Origin: Candidatus Lokiarchaeum ossiferum
GTDB lineage: Archaea; Asgardarchaeota; Lokiarchaeia; Sigyniarchaeales; Promethearchaeaceae
Reading direction: 5' to 3'
Length of the DNA: 32,000 nt
NCBI GenBank assembly: GCA_025839675.1
Contig: CP104013.1
Coordinates: 1,590,001 to 1,622,000 of the forward strand
Of this stretch, positions 16,785 to 24,404 are shown one piece after another. The position numbers and the translations under genes are program-made. Each line of letters begins with the position of its first letter. The stretch's first letter is position 1. The notes under the pieces were generated by a model. That model searched no databases. It saw only the letters and a program-made list of their open reading frames with translations, and was not told where the DNA came from.

Positions 16785-17276
16785 GTGTTAGATGAAGGAA
16801 TTCCTATGCCACCTATTATATCATCGCGCTCCCAAGAAATTATTCTAATATTCCATATTGAGTCGACAGAAACAAAAAATTTCCCGAAAAAAGCCATTGT
16901 AATGTTGATGCAAGATGTAACAGCACAGATGGGAGTTTCTTTGAATTTAGATCTAAAAACTCATTCACTAATAATAAAATGCAAGAACATTGATAGCTTT
17001 AAAATATTTTTTGAAATGGCCTGCATAAAAATCCCCTTATCATCTATACCTTCAGAGAAACCATTTGAAATTCAATTTACTTTCAATGCTATCCCCCCAA
17101 CAATCCATGAAGTTGAGCTAATTGATTTCTTAGAGGAAAGATTCCAAGTGATGAATATCGGATTAAACCCAATAATAGGAACAGGAATCTATAAAATCAT
17201 CTTTCCTTGCCAAGAAATGTATAAAATCGCCGTTATTGGAATGTTAGAACGAATGCATCAATTATCTATACCGTAA
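16785..17276 (+). CDS. Hypothetical protein
   Basis: 163-aa ORF with a GTG start (alternative ATG at 16806). I recognise no motifs. Coding status rests only on ORF length and the absence of a competing ORF. Confidence 0.4.
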   Translation: MLDEGIPMPPIISSRSQEIILIFHIESTETKNFPKKAIVMLMQDVTAQMGVSLNLDLKTHSLIIKCKNIDSFKIFFEMACIKIPLSSIPSEKPFEIQFTFNAIPPTIHEVELIDFLEERFQVMNIGLNPIIGTGIYKIIFPCQEMYKIAVIGMLERMHQLSIP

Positions 17277-17310
17277 CAGTTCAAGAATTAAGAATTAAAT
17301 AAAAAAAGTA

Positions 17311-17508
17311 TTATCGTACTCTAAGGGCATATTTACCGGGAGTATCAAAATTTAATCGTTTCGCTAAAACCGAGTGTTTTGGTTGCAGTACAACAACTGC
17401 ACCCGAAAAATCTTCGGATAGTGTATGAGTTTTACACTTCGGACAATATTCTTTATGCGTAATTAAGTGGCACGTTTTGCAAGCACGTTCTTTTGTAATT
17501 ATAATCAC
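17311..17508 (-). CDS. spt4: Transcription elongation factor Spt4 (RpoE'')
   Basis: 65-aa ORF with the zinc ribbon ACKTCHLIT...CPKCKT followed by LSEDFSGAVVVLQPKHSVLAKRLNFDTPGKYALRV, the typical Spt4 pattern. It lies 28 nt downstream of rpo7. Confidence 0.85.
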   Translation of the reverse strand: MIIITKERACKTCHLITHKEYCPKCKTHTLSEDFSGAVVVLQPKHSVLAKRLNFDTPGKYALRVR

Positions 17509-17536
17509 CTGATGTTAAATTTAATAAAAAATGGAA

Positions 17537-18121
17537 CTAATCTTCCACTTCGAGGTTATCATCCACGATTTCCCCGCCTTCGCCTTCAATTTCTTCAGCA
17601 ATCCATTCAATTTTCCCAAGAAATGGTTGACGCATGGTTAAACCTAATTTTCCAGATCGCCCAGTTCCCATTGAGACTGCAATAATTCGGCCTCGAACCA
17701 TATCATCGACGGTCAAAATCTTGTTGGATTCCTTTCCTATAAAACGCTGATTCATATTTTCATAGGAAATAAAATCATCGCAAATTTGAGAGACATGACA
17801 TAACCCATCTGAAGGACCTAAGCGAATAAAAGCCCCGAATTCTACGACTTCCACAACTGTTCCTTCAATTATTTCATGCAATTCAGGCATATAACAGAGA
17901 ACAGTAAATGTACAAGAATGATATGTACTAGGGTCACCGTGAAGCAATTTTCCGTTCCCAAGTTCTAAAACATCAATACAGACAATAACGAAGCCGATAT
18001 TTTCAAAAATTTGTCCATTAAATTGTTCTGAAAGGATTTCAAACGCGGCATCTTTAATATCGCCACCAAATTTAGTCGGAGGGATTTTCACGACATGCTG
18101 GAGAGTTAATTCTTTATACAA
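17537..18121 (-). CDS. rpo7: DNA-directed RNA polymerase subunit Rpo7 (E')
   Basis: 194-aa ORF with a TTG start. The N-terminus MYKELTLQHVVKIPPTKFG matches the Rpo7/Rpb7 N-domain. An S1 domain follows (GTVVEVVEFGAFIRLGPSDGLCHVSQI), then an acidic tail. Confidence 0.9.
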   Translation of the reverse strand: MYKELTLQHVVKIPPTKFGGDIKDAAFEILSEQFNGQIFENIGFVIVCIDVLELGNGKLLHGDPSTYHSCTFTVLCYMPELHEIIEGTVVEVVEFGAFIRLGPSDGLCHVSQICDDFISYENMNQRFIGKESNKILTVDDMVRGRIIAVSMGTGRSGKLGLTMRQPFLGKIEWIAEEIEGEGGEIVDDNLEVED

Positions 18122-18233
18122 AGTATTTCGATCCTTGACACGCTAATGGGAGGAAAAATGCAGCATTTCTAAAAAAATTTTGCATAATGTAATCTAAAAG
18201 ATTTGAATGGAATTGCGAGGAAAAGAAAAAAAG

Positions 18234-18314
18234 ATATAAATTAGCTTTTAATTCGTTATTTAATCTGCTTACCACATATAAATTAGCTTTAAATCCGTTA
18301 TTTAATCTGGCTTA
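18234..18314. repeat. Imperfect tandem direct repeat (38/39 nt x2, 4-nt spacer) spanning the stop codon of the 18298..19437 gene
   Basis: Copy 1 (18234-18271) is atataaattagcttttaattcgttatttaatctgctta. Copy 2 (18276-18314) is atataaattagctttaaatccgttatttaatctggctta. They differ by 2 substitutions and 1 indel. Confidence 0.8.
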
Positions 18315-19437
18315 ATCTTAAACCAGAATTTATTTGGCTTAAGATGGATAAGAGGCGATCTTCAAAAGATTGCACTACATCTTTATTCTTATTTAGAGTT
18401 TTTTGAACAATTGGGAACATTTCCGCAGCAACGATGCAGCTTTTTTTGATCTTCTTGCGATGCCGGCGAGAAAGGGATTGAAATTGCATACCAAATTTTT
18501 GCTCTATAAGCGATTGAAAATTTTTTCTATTGTAAATAAAACCGTTGGGAAGATGTAAAAAAAGAGACATTAACTCCCAAAGAAGATGAGTATTATTCAT
18601 CCCAAAGAAGTCTAGAATAAAGGCTCTTTGAAATTTATTCATATCAACAGATTGAGAATTCCAATAAGAAACAGCATAGAAAGCCAAATCAAAGATAGGA
18701 CATAACCAATTATAGTGAGATTCAGCATTTCCAGAGTTGTGAGATGATTTTAGCGTGATTTCAGCAAATTCCATTTCAGAAAACAGATCTTGAATGTCTT
18801 GAGAAATCTTATTGTCAGCGACGAATACAAAATTATACTTATAACGTCTAGCATAAGTTAGCCACCGAATAATTTCGGCCTTTTGGGTGAATTCAGGTAA
18901 TTTTGCAGGAATGGAACAAATCCGCTTTTGAGAACTGGGATAATCAAAAAGTTGAAGAGATTGGATGACCCAGAAATGTTGGTTAAAATGAATCAATTGG
19001 GAAAGAGAAGATAAGGCATAGAATAATCCGATTTTACTAAATGCCTCAATTAAAATAGAGCGATTTTCAACCACAATAGAATAACATTGATGCAATATTT
19101 CGGGCGAAAGAAATTCATTATGAATAGAATGATGTTTATGAAAAATTTGAGGGATTTGTTCAGGATCCAAATATGAAGCGGGGATGGGAGGGGAGTTTTC
19201 AATAAATTTGAGAATTGTGGATGTGCTAATTGAGATTTCTTTTTCGAACTGATTTTTTAATTGAGATGTGAGGGCGATATTCTCGAGAGTAATAGTGAGT
19301 TCATCTGAAAGAAGTAAAAAATGGGGATTAAAATGCAAAAACTTGGGATAAGGCAAGATTGGAATGTTGAGATCAATGAGTTGAAAATTCAAGGGAGGCT
19401 CATTCAATCCTTGAATGAAAACTTTAATTTTTCCCAT
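18298..19437 (-). CDS. Hypothetical protein with weak resemblance to the N-terminal/linker region of GH20/GH84 hexosaminidase-like proteins
   Basis: The ORF track starts at TTG 19449. I prefer ATG 19437 (MGKIKVF...). The segment CYSIVVENRSILIEAFSKIGLFYALSSLSQLIHF...IQSLQLFDYP resembles the 'Y.L.v....i.I.a....G.fYa.qTL.QL......I.D.P' pattern of GH20 domain 2. I do not see the expected catalytic acid pair. Confidence 0.5.
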   Translation of the reverse strand: MGKIKVFIQGLNEPPLNFQLIDLNIPILPYPKFLHFNPHFLLLSDELTITLENIALTSQLKNQFEKEISISTSTILKFIENSPPIPASYLDPEQIPQIFHKHHSIHNEFLSPEILHQCYSIVVENRSILIEAFSKIGLFYALSSLSQLIHFNQHFWVIQSLQLFDYPSSQKRICSIPAKLPEFTQKAEIIRWLTYARRYKYNFVFVADNKISQDIQDLFSEMEFAEITLKSSHNSGNAESHYNWLCPIFDLAFYAVSYWNSQSVDMNKFQRAFILDFFGMNNTHLLWELMSLFLHLPNGFIYNRKNFQSLIEQKFGMQFQSLSRRHRKKIKKSCIVAAEMFPIVQKTLNKNKDVVQSFEDRLLSILSQINSGLRLSQIK

Positions 19438-19582
19438 AAGGTTACACAATTAATTGTTCCCAAAAAACTATAGCATCCTCGCAAAGACTCCGACTGTATA
19501 GGATCTACGATTTACGAGATGTATGATGATGATCTAGCTATCAATTAATGAAAATATATTGACTTAATGCATTGTATTAAAC

Positions 19583-19653
19583 GAATTCCGAAGATGATTA
19601 ATCGGAATTCTCGGAATTCCGAATGTGAAAGATAGTAATTATTGGATTTCCGA
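19583..19653. promoter_or_regulatory. Cluster of five TTCCGA/TCGGAA hexamers including a perfect 12-bp palindrome TCGGAATTCCGA; candidate operator in a divergent intergenic region
   Basis: The hexamers lie at 19586-19591, 19602-19607, 19611-19616, 19617-19622 and 19648-19653. The palindrome is at 19611-19622, and there is an inverted repeat ATTCCGA-n10-TCGGAAT at 19585-19608. The cluster sits between the divergent starts at 19437 (-) and 19770 (+). Confidence 0.4.
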
Positions 19654-19769
19654 GGGTTAGTTTTAGGATTTTCTTTAAATGTAATTCTATTTGATCAAAT
19701 AATTATTGATATAAAAGAAAGTAAATAATTATCACTAAATTATTTACAGCTTCTTAAAGTGATTCGATA

Positions 19770-20627
19770 ATGAATTTTGAAAATAAAGTATGCTTAGTAG
19801 CCGGTAATCTTGGTAAATTGAAGAAAGATAAATTTACCTGTGGCTTAGGTGGATTAATAGCTCAACAATTGGTTGCCGATGGAGCTCAAGTGGTTGCCAT
19901 TGATTTAGATTATGAAGTTGCAAAAGCATGTGCAGCAAGTATAGGCGGAAAGATCAAAGCATATGAATGCGATCTATTAAAAGATCGAACCTCTGAAGAA
20001 ACAGATTATATTGACGATAGAGGAAAGGCAAAAACAACTGTAAAATGGACAGATAATCCTGCGCTTGAAATGGTGGAAAAAATTATAGCTTCTTTTGGAA
20101 AAATTGATGCAGTTATTTCAAATTTTGATTATTTTGAACAAGCTCGTGTCGATAATTCAAGTGAAGAATTCTATGAAAAAATGAAACAAATGAATGTTTC
20201 CCCAACATTTCATCTTTTAGCCGCTGTCCGAGAACAATTATCATTACAAAGAAAAACTCAAGGCACTTATGCTAAAATTGTAATCATCACAAATATCATG
20301 GGAAAAGCAGGAATGTCATTAGGATCTATTTATTCTGCTTTCAAAGGGTCCATGGTAGGGTTAACCAAATCTCTTGCACGGGAATTTGCCCGATTTGCAA
20401 ATGTGAATGGTGTTGCCCACGGTCCTCTTTCTGAAAAGAAAATGCAAGGACCAAAAGATCGGGTAAAGAAGAATTATATGGCGACTCAAACAGAGATGTC
20501 GAATTTACCCCTTACAATCAAGAATATCGCACCCTTGGCGAGATTTTTAGCATCCGACGATGCAGCAGGAATTACTGGCCAAGTAATGAATGTGGACGGC
20601 GGATTGTGGTTAAAGTTAGAATCATAA
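19770..20627 (+). CDS. Short-chain dehydrogenase/reductase (SDR) with an atypical, insertion-bearing nucleotide-binding loop
   Basis: 285-aa ORF. It has the catalytic YSAFKGSMVGLTKSLAREF (YxxxK) and the C-terminal ITGQVMNVDGG. The N-terminal Gly-rich motif is interrupted: VAGNLGKLKKDKFTCGLGGLIA instead of TGxxxGIG. Confidence 0.85.
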   Translation: MNFENKVCLVAGNLGKLKKDKFTCGLGGLIAQQLVADGAQVVAIDLDYEVAKACAASIGGKIKAYECDLLKDRTSEETDYIDDRGKAKTTVKWTDNPALEMVEKIIASFGKIDAVISNFDYFEQARVDNSSEEFYEKMKQMNVSPTFHLLAAVREQLSLQRKTQGTYAKIVIITNIMGKAGMSLGSIYSAFKGSMVGLTKSLAREFARFANVNGVAHGPLSEKKMQGPKDRVKKNYMATQTEMSNLPLTIKNIAPLARFLASDDAAGITGQVMNVDGGLWLKLES

Positions 20628-20647
20628 AAAAACTGAGGTAAAAAACA

Positions 20648-21496
20648 ATGGCATCTACAATTGATAATAAAACAAATTTCATAGCAAAAAATGATGTAAA
20701 ATCCCCAAAAAATTTGCTGGATGGAAAAGTAGCAATTATTACGGGAAGCAGCCGAGGAATTGGAAAAGGAACAGCAATAGTCTTTGCTCAACAAGGAGCT
20801 AAAGTTGTGATAAATGGACGAGATGTAAAAGCTTGTGAAGAAACAGCCCAAGAAATTCGAGATATGGGTGGGGAAGCCATTGCATGTCCAGCAAGCATTA
20901 CTAATAAGGAAGAAGTTGACAATTTGGTTCAAAAAACAATTGATACTTATGGAAAAATTGATATTCTTGTAAATAATGCCGGTACTAGCAGAGATGCTCT
21001 TATTCACAAAATGGATGATAAATTATTTAATTTTATTGTTGATTTAAACCTGAAAGGTACCCATATGATGACCCAAGCCGTGTTGCCACACTTCAGACAA
21101 GCCAATCGAAATAATGAATTTAAAAAAATTGTAAATGTTGCGAGTATTACTGGAGTAACAGGCAATTTTGGACAATCAAATTATGCAATCGCAAAAAGTG
21201 GAGTGATTGCATATTCCAAAGCCATAGCGAGAGAATTAGCAATGGATAGAATCAACGTGAATGTAGTTGCGCCGGGATTTTGTGAAACTCGAATGACTGC
21301 TTTGAAAAAGGAAGGGGATGAATTAGGCATGCCGGGTCCATTAAGAAATATTGCCATCTCAGCCACACCTTTTGCTCGAGAAGGGAAAGCAGGACAACCA
21401 GAACATACTGGGAATACAATACTCTTCTTCTCAAGTGAATTAAGCGATTGGTTATCAGGACAAGTCGTTACCGTTGATGGTGGGATGTATATTTAA
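20648..21496 (+). CDS. Classical SDR, FabG-like 3-oxoacyl reductase / 3-hydroxyacyl dehydrogenase
   Basis: 282-aa ORF with the motifs ITGSSRGIGKG, NNAG, SNYAIAKSGVIAYSKAIARE (YxxxK) and SGQVVTVDGG. GAGGT lies 8 nt upstream of the ATG. Confidence 0.9.
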   Translation: MASTIDNKTNFIAKNDVKSPKNLLDGKVAIITGSSRGIGKGTAIVFAQQGAKVVINGRDVKACEETAQEIRDMGGEAIACPASITNKEEVDNLVQKTIDTYGKIDILVNNAGTSRDALIHKMDDKLFNFIVDLNLKGTHMMTQAVLPHFRQANRNNEFKKIVNVASITGVTGNFGQSNYAIAKSGVIAYSKAIARELAMDRINVNVVAPGFCETRMTALKKEGDELGMPGPLRNIAISATPFAREGKAGQPEHTGNTILFFSSELSDWLSGQVVTVDGGMYI

Positions 21497-21531
21497 AAAA
21501 ATTTTTTCCAAAAAAAAAAAAGTGAAAAATC

Positions 21532-21990
21532 ATGGTCGAAGTATTAAACAAGCATAATGTTGGGAATACAACCCCAAAATCTGAAATTATTTTAACTTAC
21601 AAGAAATTGAAATATTTACGCCGCAAAGGATTGAAATGGGGCGGAGAAAAGTTGACAAATGAAAGCATTGCAGCATGGCGTAGTTTAATTGATGAAGATG
21701 CAGAAGCAATGCAAATGGATTACCTGGCAGGACTTTATTTCAAGAATGATAAATATGAAGAAGAATCAGTTTCTACTCCAAAAAAATCCTTGAAAAACAC
21801 AATGTGTGAAATGAAATCCAACAGTTCTGCCATGGAACGATTACAATTTCTTAGAATTTTTGGATTCTTACCAGGGAATAAAAAAATCTCTTCAGACGAA
21901 TTGAATTCTTGGGAAAACCTTGTAGAATTAGATGTTGAGGCCGCTCAACTTGATAAATACGCCGATCAAAAAATTCGGGAATTTAAATAA
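21532..21990 (+). CDS. Hypothetical small protein with an internal duplication
   Basis: 152-aa ORF. Two ~45-aa repeats are KYLRRKGLKWGGEKLTNESIAAWRSLIDEDAEAMQMDYLA and QFLRIFGFLPGNKKISSDELNSWENLVELDVEAAQLDKYA. It lies between the second SDR and the thiolase on the same strand. Confidence 0.55.
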   Translation: MVEVLNKHNVGNTTPKSEIILTYKKLKYLRRKGLKWGGEKLTNESIAAWRSLIDEDAEAMQMDYLAGLYFKNDKYEEESVSTPKKSLKNTMCEMKSNSSAMERLQFLRIFGFLPGNKKISSDELNSWENLVELDVEAAQLDKYADQKIREFK

Positions 21991-22039
21991 ATGATAAAAT
22001 ACATTACATTTTTTTTAATAACTTTTGGTGAAATTAGAA

Positions 22040-23353
22040 ATGCAAAATTTTGAAGAAGTCTACTTGACAGATTATGTAAGAACCCCATTCTCCCGTTCTC
22101 GACCTCCGAATGCGGAAAGAAGTGCGTTTAGCGAAGTACGTGGAGACCATCTTGTGGGTTTCACATTAAGAAATATGTTTGAAGAACGATTGAAGGGAAA
22201 AGTGAAACCAGAAGAAGTTTCAGAATTCCTTTTAGGATGTTCTCTTCCCGTCGGTACCCAATGGGCATATGCGGGGAGAAATGCATGGTTTGCAGGAAAT
22301 ATGCCCGCGAGTGTTCCAAGTGTAGTATTTGATCGCGCTTGTGGAAGTGCAATGACAGCTATGCACCATGGAATTATGTCCATTCAAACAGGTAATAATG
22401 ATATTGTGGTTGCTTCTGGATTTGAGAACATGTTTATTGAAACTATGAACCCAACCCTCCAAAAAAGCATTGTTTTACCCCAAGATTTAGTAGCTGAAGC
22501 ACCCGGAAATATTTGGTATCGCGATGATATAGATATAATGACGGGTTTTCAGATGGTCCAAACTGCGCAAAAATTGTTTGAAGAAGAAGCAGATAAAATA
22601 ACCATTGAAGAAATGGATCATTGGGGAGTACGAAGCCATAATTTGGCGGAAAAAGCTTTGAATGAAGGATATTTTAAGGGAGAAATAATTCCAGTCATGG
22701 GGCATAAAGAAGGAGATCTCAATGAACCGATGCTGGTAGAACATGATCTTTCAATCAGAAAGGGTACAACCTATGAAAAAACCGCTCAGCTTCCACCAGT
22801 TAGTACCCCTGGATTTCGAGGCGGATATAAAAATGCGATTATTAAACGAAAGAACTATAAAGAGAGATTTGGTACCAATAAGGGAGCAATCAAAGCTGGA
22901 AGTTCTTCCCCACTAAATGCTGGAGCAGCAACATGTATGTTAATGTCAAAAACTGCAATGGAAGCACATAATATCACTCCAATGGCGAAAATTATTTCCA
23001 TGGGATGGGCAGGAGTTGATCCTTCTGTAATGGGGCGGGGTCCCGTACCTGCAACAGAAAAAGCATTAAAAATGGCAAATTTAAAGGCTGAAGAGATTGA
23101 TTATTGGGAAATTAACGAAGCCTTTTCAGTAGTAGCATTGAATGCAATTAAATCAATGAACATTAATCCTGATCGTGTGAATGTAAAAGGGGGTGCCATT
23201 GCTATAGGACATCCTTTAGCAGCTAGTGGGGTAAGATTACCTGCCACATTGGCGCGCATTCTTAATGAAAAGAAAGCTCGATATGGATGTGCAAACTTGT
23301 GCTGTGGTAGTGGCCAAGGAGTTGCCTTAGTTATCGAGAATACCAATCTTTAA
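22040..23353 (+). CDS. Thiolase (acetyl-CoA C-acyltransferase / 3-ketoacyl-CoA thiolase family)
   Basis: The ORF track starts at TTG 22025. I prefer ATG 22040 (MQNFEEVYLTDYVRTPF). It has the active-site Cys block FDRACGSAMTAM, then NEAFSVVAL, GGAIAIGHPLAASG and the C-terminal Cys block CCGSGQGVALVIE. Confidence 0.9.
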   Translation: MQNFEEVYLTDYVRTPFSRSRPPNAERSAFSEVRGDHLVGFTLRNMFEERLKGKVKPEEVSEFLLGCSLPVGTQWAYAGRNAWFAGNMPASVPSVVFDRACGSAMTAMHHGIMSIQTGNNDIVVASGFENMFIETMNPTLQKSIVLPQDLVAEAPGNIWYRDDIDIMTGFQMVQTAQKLFEEEADKITIEEMDHWGVRSHNLAEKALNEGYFKGEIIPVMGHKEGDLNEPMLVEHDLSIRKGTTYEKTAQLPPVSTPGFRGGYKNAIIKRKNYKERFGTNKGAIKAGSSSPLNAGAATCMLMSKTAMEAHNITPMAKIISMGWAGVDPSVMGRGPVPATEKALKMANLKAEEIDYWEINEAFSVVALNAIKSMNINPDRVNVKGGAIAIGHPLAASGVRLPATLARILNEKKARYGCANLCCGSGQGVALVIENTNL

Positions 23354-23399
23354 TTTTTTTTTCCAAAACTAAAATTAACATAATAGGAGAAACATCAAA

Positions 23400-23927
23400 A
23401 TGAAAATTACAAAATGGTTAACCGAAGACGAATGCAAAGCCGCAATAAATCAATATTTAGAAAAATACGACAATAATACCTTAGTAGCAGATGATGCACA
23501 TCTCTTCTTTAAAACATTGTTTGGTGGGATCTACTCTTCCAAAGTGGAAGAAGAAGACGAAGATAAGCAAGAACTATGGGAAAATATGTCAGATGATATT
23601 GAAGAATTTGAATCCTTAGGATATTTCATTGAAGTGCGCGATATTAACCAAAATTATGTATTCAAGCTTACAGATACAGAACAAAAAATCGGAATTTATG
23701 AAGGAGAATACAATGTTGATGAAGCAAATGAATTATTGGGCACAAAACATGTGGTATGGATGGATTGGACCCCCGCCTGTCAATTGAAGATTATGAAAGG
23801 AAATCCAAATACTGATCCGGAATTTTTTGCTGGGGATTGTACTGTGAAAGGGTCTTTAAAACTAGGCTCCAAACCACGCCAATGGATTTATGATCTTTTT
23901 GTTTTTATTGATCGTGAAGTAGAGTAA
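23400..23927 (+). CDS. SCP2-like (sterol/lipid carrier protein 2 fold) protein, tentative
   Basis: 175-aa ORF with AGGAG 10 nt upstream. The C-terminal part VVWMDWTPACQLKIMKGNPNTDPEFFAGDCTVKGSLKLGSKPRQWIYDLF fits the SCP2 pattern (l..d.f..l..Gk.n...af..Gklki.Gd..la.kl..lf). This assignment comes from pattern memory only. Confidence 0.5.
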   Translation: MKITKWLTEDECKAAINQYLEKYDNNTLVADDAHLFFKTLFGGIYSSKVEEEDEDKQELWENMSDDIEEFESLGYFIEVRDINQNYVFKLTDTEQKIGIYEGEYNVDEANELLGTKHVVWMDWTPACQLKIMKGNPNTDPEFFAGDCTVKGSLKLGSKPRQWIYDLFVFIDREVE

Positions 23928-23980
23928 TTTCTTAATCAATTTTTTCTATTTTTTCAATACTATAAAATCGTGATTATCTT

Positions 23981-24205
23981 ATGTTCAATCGATGCAGAAA
24001 AATGCGGGAATGGATCAACATCTCAGAAGTAGAGAGTGATCCCGAGTGTCATATAAGTCGGGAAATTCCATTCCAAGAGAAAATAACTAAAAATACTTTA
24101 AAAAAGAATGAAGAAAATATTCTAGATCAATGGTTTGTGCAATTAATGAAAGAATACAACCCCTATTTTGCCCAAACTCGACCAAAAACAACATCCCAAA
24201 ATTAA
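23981..24205 (+). CDS. Small hypothetical ORF (coding status doubtful)
   Basis: 74-aa ORF with no motifs. It occupies otherwise empty space between the SCP2-like gene and the FtsX-like gene. Confidence 0.25.
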   Translation: MFNRCRKMREWINISEVESDPECHISREIPFQEKITKNTLKKNEENILDQWFVQLMKEYNPYFAQTRPKTTSQN

Positions 24206-24404
24206 ATATAAATTATTTGTATCTATGATTTCACGAATCCATTTTTTTTAGTTCTTATTAGTACATTCAAAAATGAAAGTTTAATTGGGTTTAATCTAAA
24301 ATAATTTGATATTGTCAATCATTTTTCATTGCCAATATAATTTTTCATAATTCAAATATTGAAAAATTTTAAAACATCTCAATTTATTGTTACTACTGAT
24401 ATCT

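Noticed and set aside
14397-17310. Interpreting the operon-splitting insertion as a mobile element or integrated island
   Set aside because: I could find no integrase, transposase or recombinase, no tRNA target, and no flanking direct or inverted repeats. I treat it only as a rearrangement or insertion of unknown mechanism.
19521-19535. C-box-like ATGATGA motifs (also at 10262-10268) as possible C/D-box sRNA genes
   Set aside because: No D or D' box (CTGA) occurs at the required ~12 nt or ~50-70 nt distance, and no terminal stem is evident.
20486-21007. 173-aa minus-strand ORF spanning the junction of the two SDR genes
   Set aside because: It is antisense to two genes with unambiguous SDR motifs. 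Its composition (C/F/I/N/S-rich) is typical of a shadow ORF in AT-rich DNA.
22072-23346. Several 60-100-aa minus-strand ORFs inside the thiolase gene
   Set aside because: They are antisense to a gene carrying all thiolase active-site blocks, and they have no motifs of their own.
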